64,000 nucleotides of DNA. Origin: an uncultured Gemmatimonadales bacterium. Its GTDB lineage: Bacteria; Gemmatimonadota; Gemmatimonadetes; Gemmatimonadales; Gemmatimonadaceae. The position numbers and the translations under genes are program-made. Positions 1 to 9,542 of the stretch are shown here, piece by piece. Position 1 is the first letter of the stretch, and every line of letters starts with the position of its first letter. The stretch spans positions 77,511 to 141,510 of the forward strand of contig CAWBZV010000011.1 of the NCBI GenBank assembly GCA_963793305.1. The letters run 5' to 3'. The notes beneath the pieces were generated by a model, which searched no databases, was not told the DNA's origin, and worked only from the letters and a program-made list of their open reading frames with translations.

Positions 1-97
1 TTGCTGTCGGGTGACCTCATCCATTGAAGTCTGGGGGGAACCGCAAGCTGCCCCCCGACACCCCCCAAAGGCGCATTGTCGTTTAGTATCACCAGCT

Positions 98-949
98 ATG
101 ACACAGGCAGGCATCGTTGCTGTGGTCGGTGTTCCCAATGTGGGGAAGTCCACGCTGCTCAATCGCGTCATTGGGCAGAAGCTCAGTATCACGTCACCAA
201 AGCCGCAGTCGACGCGGGCGTCCGTCATTGGGATTCGGACTGAGGGCGATACTCAGATCGTGTTCGTCGACACGCCTGGGCTGCTCGAGCCGGCGTACGA
301 GTTACAACGCGTGATGCGCGCCGCGGCGATTCGCGCGCTGAGAGATGCCAATGTTATCGTCTATCTCGTCGATGCGACTGAAGGCGAGCCCGCTGAGTTG
401 CCCGTCGCCACCAAGGCACCACGACTGCTCGTGTTCAACAAGATCGATTTGCTTGGTAAGACCAAGCTCGACGAGTTGAAACAGCAATACCCTGACGCGT
501 TCTTTGTCTCGGCCGCTGACGGCCGGGGCATCGACAACCTTCTCGGCGAGATCGAAAAACGACTTCCTGAGAGCCCGTTTTTGTATCCAGAAGACGAGAT
601 CAGCACGCAGTCGATGCGCTTCTTCGCCAGCGAGCTCATTCGCGAGACCGCGCTCGAGCAGCTGCACAACGAAGTACCTTATAGTGTCGCCGCCGAAGTG
701 GAGGAGTTCCGCGAAGAGCGCCGCCCGGTGTACATTCGCGCAACGATCTTCGTCGAACGCGACAGCCAGAAGGGCATTCTGATCGGCCACAAGGGCGCGC
801 GCATTCGCGAGATTGGCAAGTCCGCGCGCGAAAAGATCGAGCGCTTGGTCGGCGCGGATGTCTTTCTCGATCTGCACGTCAAAGTTCTCCCTAACTGGCG
901 CAAGAACGCCGACTCCCTGCGCCGCTTCGGTCTCACGGTGACCTCATGA
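98..949 (+). CDS. era: GTPase Era
   Basis: [12 protein letters not shown] (G1), DTPG (G3), NKID (G4), C-terminal KH domain with [11 protein letters not shown] at 98. Confidence 0.97.
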   Translation: MTQAGIVAVVGVPNVGKSTLLNRVIGQKLSITSPKPQSTRASVIGIRTEGDTQIVFVDTPGLLEPAYELQRVMRAAAIRALRDANVIVYLVDATEGEPAELPVATKAPRLLVFNKIDLLGKTKLDELKQQYPDAFFVSAADGRGIDNLLGEIEKRLPESPFLYPEDEISTQSMRFFASELIRETALEQLHNEVPYSVAAEVEEFREERRPVYIRATIFVERDSQKGILIGHKGARIREIGKSAREKIERLVGADVFLDLHVKVLPNWRKNADSLRRFGLTVTS

Positions 950-1113
950 GCCTTCCGCAGACCCTGCTAGCGATTCTCGTGTGCCCCAAGTGCAAAGGCG
1001 AGCTCGAATACCGCGAGCAAGACGGCGTGCTCGTCTGCCATACCGACCGGCTCAAATACCCGGTTCGGGACGATATCCCGATCATGCTGATCGATGAGGC
1101 GACGCCCTTCTAG
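946..1113 (+). CDS. Trm112-family (UPF0434/YcaR) protein, 55 aa
   Basis: Manual translation [20 protein letters not shown]...[22 protein letters not shown] overlap with era stop; below ORF-track cutoff. Confidence 0.9.
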   Translation: MSLPQTLLAILVCPKCKGELEYREQDGVLVCHTDRLKYPVRDDIPIMLIDEATPF

Positions 1114-1150
1114 CCGTTGCCAATCCCCCGCTTAGCGGTCCTTGGTGAGC

Positions 1151-2153
1151 ATGGCTCCTACCCAATCCCCGACGATCGCTATCGTGTTCTCGCCCAATGG
1201 CGCGACGCCGCCGGAGGTCGTGCGCGACTGGCTGGCTAGGGTGGGCCTCACCGCCATGCCCGTCACTGGGGCCGATGAGCTCCTGGCGGTCTGCCTGCGC
1301 GGCCGGCCCAGGGTCGTGGTCTTCGACGGGCGCGGGGACCAGGAACAGACGTGTGCTGCCTGTCAGAGACTCAAACGCGACTCGTTTACCGGGATCATCC
1401 CCGCAGTAATGATCGTCGCGGACTCCGACGATGCCTGCCGCCACGGGTTCGATGCCGGAGCCGACGAGGTCTTGCGGCTCTCGTTGAGCAACGACGAAGC
1501 CGCCGTGCGGTTATCCGTACTCCTCCGTCGGTCCGATCGCGACACGTTCGTGCATCCGTCGACACGGCTGCCTGGGACCGGCGAGATCGAAGCCGACATC
1601 ACCCGTCGACTGGTATTGGCGGAGCCGTTCGCGGTGTGCTACGCCGACCTGGATCACTTTAAAGAGTTCAACGATCGGTACAGCTATAACGACGGGGATC
1701 GCGTCATCAGGATCCTCGCCAAGATCCTGCATGACGTCGTGAAAGGCATTTGTGGGGAGCAGGGGTTTGTTGGACACATCGGTGGCGACGACTTCATCTT
1801 CAATGTGCCCGCCATGGCCGTGTCCGACACATGCGGCGAGGTCATTGCGGTGTTCGAATGCGCTCGTCCCCTATCAATATTCGGAACAAGACCGGAGAGC
1901 GGGATACTTTTTTGGCAAAGACCGGAGAGGGCAACTGCATCGGGTGCCGCTCATGACCGTCTCGATCGGCGTCGTCACGAACGAGCGGCGCACGTTCGTC
2001 CACGCCGCCCAGATGAGTGAGCTCGCGACCGAGATGAAGAGTTACGCCAAGACGCTCGACGGATCGCTCTATACCGTCGATCGACGCCAAGACGGTGTCG
2101 CCGAGCCGCCCATAGTGATTCCACGCTCGATAGGCGTGGGAGAAAAGGAATGA
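1151..2153 (+). CDS. REC-like + GGDEF diguanylate cyclase (apparent frameshift ~1858)
   Basis: YADLDHFKEFNDRY, GDRVI, GHIGGDDF; C-terminus (VSIGVVT..MKSYAK) continues in another frame. Confidence 0.85.
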
Positions 2154-3370
2154 ACGTCACCTGTCCGGAATGCCGGTCCATGTTCCGCGTGGACCCGGCC
2201 AAGGTTCCTCCCGCCGGTATTCGCGCGCGCTGCTCGGTGTGCGGCGGCGTCATCAGCATTGTCGCCGAGTCGGCGAACGGTGCGCCCGCGCACGCTCACG
2301 CTCACGCCGCTCCCCAGCGGCCAGCGCCAGCGCCCGCTCCGCAGCGACCGGCGCCGGTGCCAGCGCCGGCAGTAGCGGCGGCGGCTCCGCGTCCGGCGGC
2401 GCCCGCGCCGAGGCCGGCCGCCGCGCCTGCGCCCGCTCCCGCGCCGCGACCCGCGGCTCCTGCTGCACCTGCCCCGCGCCCGGCCCCGGCGCCCGCTCCG
2501 CGCGCCTCCGGTCCAGCGGCGGTACCGCCGCCTCCGCCGCCATCGCTCCGGCCGGGCACTCCGGCGCGTCCAGGTCCGGCGGTCCCTGGTCCGGCTGCGC
2601 CCCGACCCGCCGCTCCGGCTCCCGCCGCGATGAGCGCAGCGAATGCGCCGCCGCAGATTGGTGGCTCCGCGACTGCGCCGCGTCCGATTGTCATGCCGCC
2701 CAAGCCCGCGGTTCCGGCCGCGGCGGCACCGGCGCCGGCACAAGTGCCGCAGTCGGTCGCGCCGACGATCGCCGTCCGGGCAGCTGGTGCTGCACCCGCG
2801 GCGCCCAGACCAGCGGCGCCCCCGCCGGCTGCTCCGCGCGAGCCGAGCACGGGTCCCGCGGCTCGTCCGGCCATGCCGCCGGCACCGCGCCCCGCGGCGC
2901 CGAGGGAACCCGTCACGGGTGGAGGCGCTCCGCCTCGTCCGGCGGGTGCTCCGCAGGCTCCGCGTCCGGCCGCGCCTCCCATGGCCGTGGCTCCCGCGCC
3001 GCGCATGGCGCCACCAATGCCGCCAACCCCTGCGGGCCCCGGATCAATGGCGGTGACATCGCCGTCATTGCCCACGGTGCCGGGAGCCGCACCAGGCGAG
3101 CGACGTCCGATCAATCCATTCCTCGCCAACGATCCAAATCAAAAGGCGAAGCGGCTCGCGCGCGCCCTCGTGTCCGATATCCTCGCCTATCACCCGGGGA
3201 AACGCGAGGAGGGTTTGGCCAATGGGACGCTCAAGCAGATCTTCCGCGAGGAGATCAAGAAGAGCTACGAGGAGTACGTCGAGCAGATCGGCAAAGAGTT
3301 CGCCGAGAGCACATCGCATTTTCAGGATGCATTGAACGAGCTACTCGCGAACGGGAAGAAGCTCTTCTAA
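2150..3370 (+). CDS. MJ0042-type zinc-ribbon protein with long Pro/Ala linker and conserved C-terminal helical (RomX-like) domain
   Basis: CPEC..CSVC N-terminus; ~290-aa PAAP-rich linker; KAKRLARALVSDILAYH C-terminus. Confidence 0.75.
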   Translation: MNVTCPECRSMFRVDPAKVPPAGIRARCSVCGGVISIVAESANGAPAHAHAHAAPQRPAPAPAPQRPAPVPAPAVAAAAPRPAAPAPRPAAAPAPAPAPRPAAPAAPAPRPAPAPAPRASGPAAVPPPPPPSLRPGTPARPGPAVPGPAAPRPAAPAPAAMSAANAPPQIGGSATAPRPIVMPPKPAVPAAAAPAPAQVPQSVAPTIAVRAAGAAPAAPRPAAPPPAAPREPSTGPAARPAMPPAPRPAAPREPVTGGGAPPRPAGAPQAPRPAAPPMAVAPAPRMAPPMPPTPAGPGSMAVTSPSLPTVPGAAPGERRPINPFLANDPNQKAKRLARALVSDILAYHPGKREEGLANGTLKQIFREEIKKSYEEYVEQIGKEFAESTSHFQDALNELLANGKKLF

Positions 3371-3379
3371 GTTTTGCTG

Positions 3380-4463
3380 ATGGGAGAAAGCATCAGCGCG
3401 CGGCTCGCCGAGCTGCGGAGGTACCTTTGACATTGACGCCAAGCGGAAGGCACTCGACGAGCTCGAGGCCCGCATGGCGGAACCCGGCTTCTGGTCCAAT
3501 CAGGAGCGGGCGCAGGAGGTCGTGCAGCAGGTCAAGACGCTGAAGGCGGTCGTCGAGCCGTTTGAGCGGCTCGTCGGGCGCAATCAGAGCGCGATGGAGC
3601 TCACCGAGCTGCTCGAGGCTGAGGACACGCCCGACGAGTCACTCAAGGCGGAGCTCGACCAGGAGGTCGCCGCGCTGACCGATGAGCTGGCGGCGTTCGA
3701 GCTCCGGTCCCTGCTCAGTGGTCGCGACGACTACCGCGACGCCCAGGTCGAGATTTCGGCTGGCGCCGGCGGCACCGAGGCGCAGGACTGGGCGCAGATG
3801 CTCATGCGCATGTACACGCGCTGGGCCGAGCGGCGTGGGTACTCGGTCGAGATTCTGGACGTGAGCGAGGGGGAAGAGGCCGGGATCAAGGGCGCGGTGT
3901 TCGAGATCCACGGGCAATACGCCTATGGGTTTTTGCGACCCGAGTCCGGCATCCATCGCCTCGTGCGCATCTCGCCCTTCGACGCACAGTCGCGACGGCA
4001 TACGAGCTTTGCGTCGGTGTTTGTCTATCCCGTCGTCAACGAGGAGATCAACATCGAGATCCGCGAAGAGGATCTCCGGACGGACGTGTATCGCGCGTCG
4101 GGTGCGGGTGGGCAACACGTGAACAAGACGTCGTCAGCCGTGCGGATCACGCACATCCCGAGCGGGATCGTCGTCGCATCGCAGCAGGAGCGGTCGCAGT
4201 TCAAGAACAAGGCGACCGCCATGAAGATGCTCAAGAACCGCCTCTATCAGCTCGAGGCCGACAAGCAGGCCGCGCAGAAAGCGGTGTTCGATGCGAACAA
4301 GAAAGACGTGTCGTGGGGAAATCAGATCCGGAGCTACGTGTTTCAACCGTATACGATGGTCAACGACCACCGGACCGAGCTCAAGATCCCCGACGTCCAG
4401 AAGGTCATGGACGGCGCCATCGATCCGTTCATCGAGGCGTACCTCAAGCGCGACGCGGCATAG
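3380..4463 (+). CDS. prfB: Peptide chain release factor 2 (programmed +1 frameshift at CTT TGA C, 3425-3431)
   Basis: SPF and GGQ motifs; ATG 3380 reads to CTT TGA; the +1 frame (GAC ATT GAC...) is in frame with the 3474..4463 ORF. Confidence 0.97.
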
Positions 4464-5947
4464 TGGCGGACGCTCGACGGGAAAAGCTCGACGCGCTGGT
4501 CGCCGCGGGCATCGCGCCATACGCGTATTCGTATGACCGGACACACGCGGCGGCTGCCGCGCTGGAATCAGGCGCCGCGCTTGTCGGCGACGCACACGGT
4601 GACGTCGTTCGCGTCGCCGGGCGCCTCGTTTCCTGGCGAGGTGCCGGGAAGACGGCGTTCGCGCACGTCGCTGACGCGACGGCCGCATCCAGCTGTACTT
4701 CCGTCGCGACGTCCTCGGTGATGAGGCTTGGGAGCGACTGAAGCTGGTTCGATCTGAGTGATATCGTCGGTGTCGGCGGCGAGCTATTCAGGACAAAGAC
4801 CGGCGAGATTACGGTTCGCGTTCAGCACGTGGAGTTGCTCGCCAAGTCGCTGCGACCGCTCCCGTTCGGCAAAGAGGAGATCGTCGACGGGATCGCCGTC
4901 AGGCATTCGGGCTTCGCGGACGCCGAGCAACGCTATCGCCAGCGCTATGCTGACCTGGCCGTGCATCCCGAGGTGCGCGAGATGTTTCGCGCCAGGGCCA
5001 AAACCATCACCGCCATCAGGCGATATTTAGACGAGTTGGAGTACGTCGAGGTCGAGACGCCCATTCTCCAGCCGTTGTACGGCGGCGCCTACGCGCGGCC
5101 GTTTACGACGCATCACAATACGCTCGACACCGAGCTGTATCTGCGCATTGCCGATGAGCTCTATTTGAAACGCCTGATCGTCGGCGGATTCGACCGCGTC
5201 TACGAGATCGGGCACGATTTTCGGAACGAGGGCATCGACCGGACGCACAATCCGGAGTTCACGATGCTGGAGTTCTACGAGGCGTACGCCGATTACGGAA
5301 CAATTGCCGGCCGTGTCGAGGGCCTGTTGGTCTCGGTGGCGGACGCGGTACGGTCCGTCCCGGCGTTTGCCGACGCCGTGCCGGAGCTCCGTCCTCCGTT
5401 CAAGCGAATCGAGTGGGTGCCGTCGCTCGACCAGGCGCTCGGCGCGTCAGTTATGTCTATGGACCACGCGGCGTTACGGAACACGGCGCGGCGTGTGGGT
5501 ATTGCTGATATCGACACGATGAGTCGAGCCAAACTCATGGACGAGCTTTTCTCGGAGTTGGTGGAGTCCAAAATCGAGCAGCCGACGTTCGTGCTCGACT
5601 ACCCCGTCGAGCTGTCGCCCCTGGCCAAGCCCAAGCGCGGCGCGCCGGAGTCGGGCCTCACCGAGCGGTTCGAGTTGTTCGCCCGTGGGCGGGAGTTGGC
5701 GAATGCGTTTAGCGAGCTGAACGACCCGATCGATCAACGGCAGCGGCTCGAGGTGCAAGCGGCTATGCGCGCGGCTGGCGACGAAGAAGCCGTAGGCGTC
5801 GACGAGGACTATTTGCGCGCGATGGAGTACGGCATGCCGCCAACTGGCGGATGTGGGATCGGAATTGACCGGTTGCTCATGTATTTGACGAATACGCACC
5901 ATATTCGAGATGTGATCTTGTTCCCGTTGATGCGCCCCGAATCATGA
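4463..5947 (+). CDS. lysS: Lysine--tRNA ligase (class II; apparent frameshifts ~4680 and ~4745)
   Basis: RYRQRYADL, FRNEGIDRTHNPEFTMLEFY, GMPPTGGCGIGIDRL; OB-fold N-terminus split over three frames. Confidence 0.95.
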
Positions 5948-7203
5948 CACGACTCGAGCTCGGGATCGCCTGGCGCTACTTGCGAAGCCGCAAGGGGAGT
6001 CGCTTGCTGTCGCTGATCACCGTGATCGCGATTGGCGGCGTCGTCGTCGGCGTCAGCGCCCTGATTCTCGTGGTCGGCGTCATGAACGGCCTGCAGGATG
6101 ATCTCAAGGACAAGATTCTCGTCGGGAGCCCCGATATCCGCGTGCTGACATACGGGGACGACCTGACTATCCCGAAGTGGCGTCCGATCCTGACGCGGAT
6201 ACGCTCAGAGGAAGGGGTCGTCGCCGCGGGCCCGTTCGTGCTCACGCAAGGACTCATCTCCAGCGGCCACCACTACGTCGAAGCGACGCAAGTGGCGGGA
6301 ATCGAGCCGCAAGCGCCGCACGTGGCGGAGCCGACCTCGATCCGCGAGCACGCAGTCAAGGGCATGGGCGACTTCCGGTTCGCGTCGAGCGACGGAAAAG
6401 TGCGCGGGGCCGTCGTGGGCAAGCTCTTGGCCGATCGCTTGAACGTCGTGCCGGGAGATACGATCCGGCTCGTGGCGCCGCCGCCAGGTGGGAAGCTCGA
6501 CGCCGTGACCGGCACGTTCACGCCAAGGTTCTACAAGTTCGAAGTGACGGGTCTCTTCGAGACCGGCATGTACGAGTACGACAACAACTACGTGTTCTTG
6601 CCGCTCGCGGCCGCCCAGGACTTTGCCGGACTCGGCGACGCCGTGACCGGCATCGAAGTGCGGTCGACCAACCGCTATGACGCGAAAGCGCTCGCCAAAA
6701 CGCTCGAGACCTCGCTTGGCTTCCCCTATCGCGCGGTCGATTGGCAGGAGCAGAACAGCTCACTGTTCCAAGCGCTCAAGCTCGAGAAGCTGGCGATGAG
6801 CTTCATTCTCCTGCTCGTGGTGCTCGTCGCCGCGTTCAACATCGTCTCGACCTTGACGATGGTCGTGACGGACAAGACTCGTGAGATCGGCATCCTCAAG
6901 GCCATGGGAATGCCGGCGGCATCGATCCGACGGATCTTCTTCACCCAGGGCGTCGTGATCGGCGTCGTGGGGACGACCGCGGGCTTCGTGATCGGTATCG
7001 TCATGGCGATCCTGCTCGACAAGTACAAGTTGATCAGGATCGACGAGCGCGTCTACTACATCGACCACATGCCGGTCCACACGCAGCCACTGGACCTCGT
7101 GCTCACGCTCGTCGCGAGCTTGGGTGTCGCGGCGCTCGCCACCCTATATCCCTCGAGGCAGGCGGCCAAACTGTCGCCCATCGAGGCGATTCATCACGAG
7201 TAG
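5944..7203 (+). CDS. lolC: Lipoprotein-releasing ABC transporter permease LolC/E
   Basis: RYLRSRK N-terminus, VAAFNIVSTLTMVVTDKTREIGILKAMG; adjacent lolD. Confidence 0.9.
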   Translation: MTRLELGIAWRYLRSRKGSRLLSLITVIAIGGVVVGVSALILVVGVMNGLQDDLKDKILVGSPDIRVLTYGDDLTIPKWRPILTRIRSEEGVVAAGPFVLTQGLISSGHHYVEATQVAGIEPQAPHVAEPTSIREHAVKGMGDFRFASSDGKVRGAVVGKLLADRLNVVPGDTIRLVAPPPGGKLDAVTGTFTPRFYKFEVTGLFETGMYEYDNNYVFLPLAAAQDFAGLGDAVTGIEVRSTNRYDAKALAKTLETSLGFPYRAVDWQEQNSSLFQALKLEKLAMSFILLLVVLVAAFNIVSTLTMVVTDKTREIGILKAMGMPAASIRRIFFTQGVVIGVVGTTAGFVIGIVMAILLDKYKLIRIDERVYYIDHMPVHTQPLDLVLTLVASLGVAALATLYPSRQAAKLSPIEAIHHE

Positions 7204-7206
7204 CCC

Positions 7207-7905
7207 GTGGCCGTCCTCGAAGCGCGCGACCTGTGGAAAACGTACCGAGGCGGGGACGGCGGCCTGCTGCCGATCCTTTCGGGGATCGACCTGTCGGTCA
7301 ACCGCGGCGAGATGGTCGCCATCGTCGGCTCGAGCGGCGCGGGCAAGAGCACGCTGCTGCATATCCTTGGGGCGTTGGATCCGCCGACCAAGGGATACGT
7401 CATTCTGGCGGGCGAGCCGATTCACGGGAAAGACGACGAGCAGCTCGCGCACCTGCGCAACAAGGCTGTCGGGTTCGTGTTCCAGTTTCACCACCTGCTC
7501 AAAGAGTTTTCGGCGGTCGAAAACGTCATGATGCCCCTCCGGATCGCCGGAACGCCCGTTCGCCAGGCGCGAGAGCGGGCCGAGGAGCTCCTGGCCCGCG
7601 TGGGGTTGAGCGGACGGATGCATCATCGTCCTTCGGAACTGTCAGGCGGGGAGCAGCAGCGTACGGCGGTCGCCCGGGCTTTGGCGACCGATCCGGCGCT
7701 CATCTTGGCGGACGAGCCGTCCGGAAACCTGGACCACGCGAACGCCGAATTGCTCCATGAGCTATTCGCCGAGCTCGTGCGGGACATGGAGATAGGCATG
7801 GTTGTCGTGACGCACAATCGGTCGCTGGCGGCGCGGGCGCACCGCGTCCTACTCTTAGAGAGTGGGCTGTTGGTGCCGACCGTCGTGCGGGAGGGGGTGA
7901 CCTAG
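7207..7905 (+). CDS. lolD: Lipoprotein-releasing ABC transporter ATPase
   Basis: GSSGAGKST, GFVFQFHHLL, LSGGEQQR, ADEPSGNLD. Confidence 0.92.
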   Translation: MAVLEARDLWKTYRGGDGGLLPILSGIDLSVNRGEMVAIVGSSGAGKSTLLHILGALDPPTKGYVILAGEPIHGKDDEQLAHLRNKAVGFVFQFHHLLKEFSAVENVMMPLRIAGTPVRQARERAEELLARVGLSGRMHHRPSELSGGEQQRTAVARALATDPALILADEPSGNLDHANAELLHELFAELVRDMEIGMVVVTHNRSLAARAHRVLLLESGLLVPTVVREGVT

Positions 7906-8396
7906 TGCTCTGCGAGAACTGCAAAGAACGCGAGGGAATCTTCACCGTCACGTCCGTGGTCGGGGGCGAGAAGCGGGAGATTTTTCTCTGCGAGAAGTGC
8001 GCGGCTGAGCGCGGCGTTCAGCCGGAGCCCACGCCGGCGCCGCAGATCGGGAAGCTGCTGCAATCGCTCCACCAGCCGCCCAGCCTCGCCGCGGGCGTCG
8101 CTCGCGATCAGGCACGCTGCGACTTCTGCTCGGCGACGCTCGGCGACTTTCGCGCCACCGGGCGACTCGGCTGCCCTCGGTGTTACGCCGCCTTCGAGAC
8201 ATCGCTTCGCGACCTCCTGCGCCGGGTCCACGGGAGCGCGCGGCATGCCGGTCGCGCGTACGATCCACCGCAGCGGGACGAGTTGGAGCGGGCGACGCAG
8301 GTCGGCGAGCTGAGGGCGCAGCTCAAGCGCGCCATCGAGGCCGAGCAGTTCGAGCTGGCCGCGGACATCCGCGACCGGCTGCGGGTGCTCGAATGA
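7905..8396 (+). CDS. mcsA: McsA-like protein (CxxC motifs + UVR domain)
   Basis: Four CxxC motifs, GRLGCPRCY, EQFELAADIRDRL; upstream of mcsB-clpC. Confidence 0.9.
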   Translation: MLCENCKEREGIFTVTSVVGGEKREIFLCEKCAAERGVQPEPTPAPQIGKLLQSLHQPPSLAAGVARDQARCDFCSATLGDFRATGRLGCPRCYAAFETSLRDLLRRVHGSARHAGRAYDPPQRDELERATQVGELRAQLKRAIEAEQFELAADIRDRLRVLE

Positions 8397-8433
8397 CGCG
8401 CGTGGCGCCCGCTTTGCGTTATAGGGGGGTGTG

Positions 8434-9519
8434 ATGGCGCTAGATCTGTCACTGCTGCCGGATGGCGGCGTCAGCTGGCTCGACGCGTCAGGCGAGCACT
8501 CGGATGTCGTGTTATCCACACGGATCCGCCTCGCCCGGAACGTCGACGGCTTCGCGTTCACCGGCCGGGCACGGGACGGCGAGAGGCTGAGGGTGCTGGC
8601 GCAGGTCCGGGACGCGGTACGGGAAGTCCCGAGCTTGAGGCGGGGCGTGCTGGTGCGAGTGGACGAGCTGCCGTCGAGCGACCGCCTATTGCTCCACGAG
8701 CGGCATCTGGTCAGCAAGGAGCTCGCGGGGCTGGACGCGCAGCACCCGGTCCGCAGCGGCGCCGCGCTGTTTCTCGGTGACAATGTAGGCGTCATGATCA
8801 ATGAAGAGGATCATCTGCGCCTGCAGTCGCTGCGCTCGGGATTCGCGCTCAGGAACGCCTGGGCCGCCGTGCAGCAGCTGGATCGGGAGCTGGGAAGCCG
8901 GGTGGCGTTCGCGTTCCACCCGGAGTTCGGGTTCCTGACCGCGTGCCCGACCAACGTCGGGACCGGAATGCGCGCGTCGGTCTTGATCCACCTGCCAGGG
9001 CTGGTGTTGACGAAGGAGATGTCGAAAGTCCTGGCCAGTCTGCAGCAGATGGGCCTCACGTATCGAGGCCTGTACGGCGAGGGCAGTGAAGTCGTCGGCA
9101 ATTTTTTCCAGATCTCGAATCAGACGACGCTGGGCAAATCGGAAGACGAACTGCTTGGCCAGTTGCAGAATGTGGTGAAAAAAGTCATCGCCAGCGAGGA
9201 AGAAGCAAGACGACTCTTGCTTCGTGATGCCGGTTATATTATTGAAGACAAGGTGTGGCGCGCCTACGGTACGTTGCGCTACGCTCGGAGCCTCACGTTC
9301 GACGAGGCGATGAATTATCTGAGCGGTGTACGGCTCGCGGTGTCCCTGAAACTGATCACTGGTCTCAGTGTATATACCCTCAACAAGCTCCTGATATTCA
9401 GCCAGTTGGCGCATCTCGCCCACGCAGAGGGGCGGGCGCTGACCGAGAGCGAGGCGAGTCAAGCCCGCGCGCGATACGTGCGGGAGACGCTCGCCAAGGA
9501 AGCGGGGTCGCCGGAGTAA
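8434..9519 (+). CDS. mcsB: Protein-arginine kinase
   Basis: STRIRLARN, MINEEDHLR, GFLTACPTNVGTGMRAS, FQISNQTTLG. Confidence 0.95.
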   Translation: MALDLSLLPDGGVSWLDASGEHSDVVLSTRIRLARNVDGFAFTGRARDGERLRVLAQVRDAVREVPSLRRGVLVRVDELPSSDRLLLHERHLVSKELAGLDAQHPVRSGAALFLGDNVGVMINEEDHLRLQSLRSGFALRNAWAAVQQLDRELGSRVAFAFHPEFGFLTACPTNVGTGMRASVLIHLPGLVLTKEMSKVLASLQQMGLTYRGLYGEGSEVVGNFFQISNQTTLGKSEDELLGQLQNVVKKVIASEEEARRLLLRDAGYIIEDKVWRAYGTLRYARSLTFDEAMNYLSGVRLAVSLKLITGLSVYTLNKLLIFSQLAHLAHAEGRALTESEASQARARYVRETLAKEAGSPE

Positions 9520-9542
9520 TCGGCGCGTTGAGGGAGTAACGG

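Noticed and set aside
1620..1800. Hypr-type (cGAMP-producing) GGDEF
   Set aside because: The guanine-specifying Asp (GD in NDGDRVI) is retained, consistent with an ordinary c-di-GMP cyclase.
2280..3100. Repetitive GC-rich tract as CRISPR or non-coding repeat
   Set aside because: It encodes the Pro/Ala linker; there is no repeat-spacer periodicity. No CRISPR array was seen anywhere in the window.
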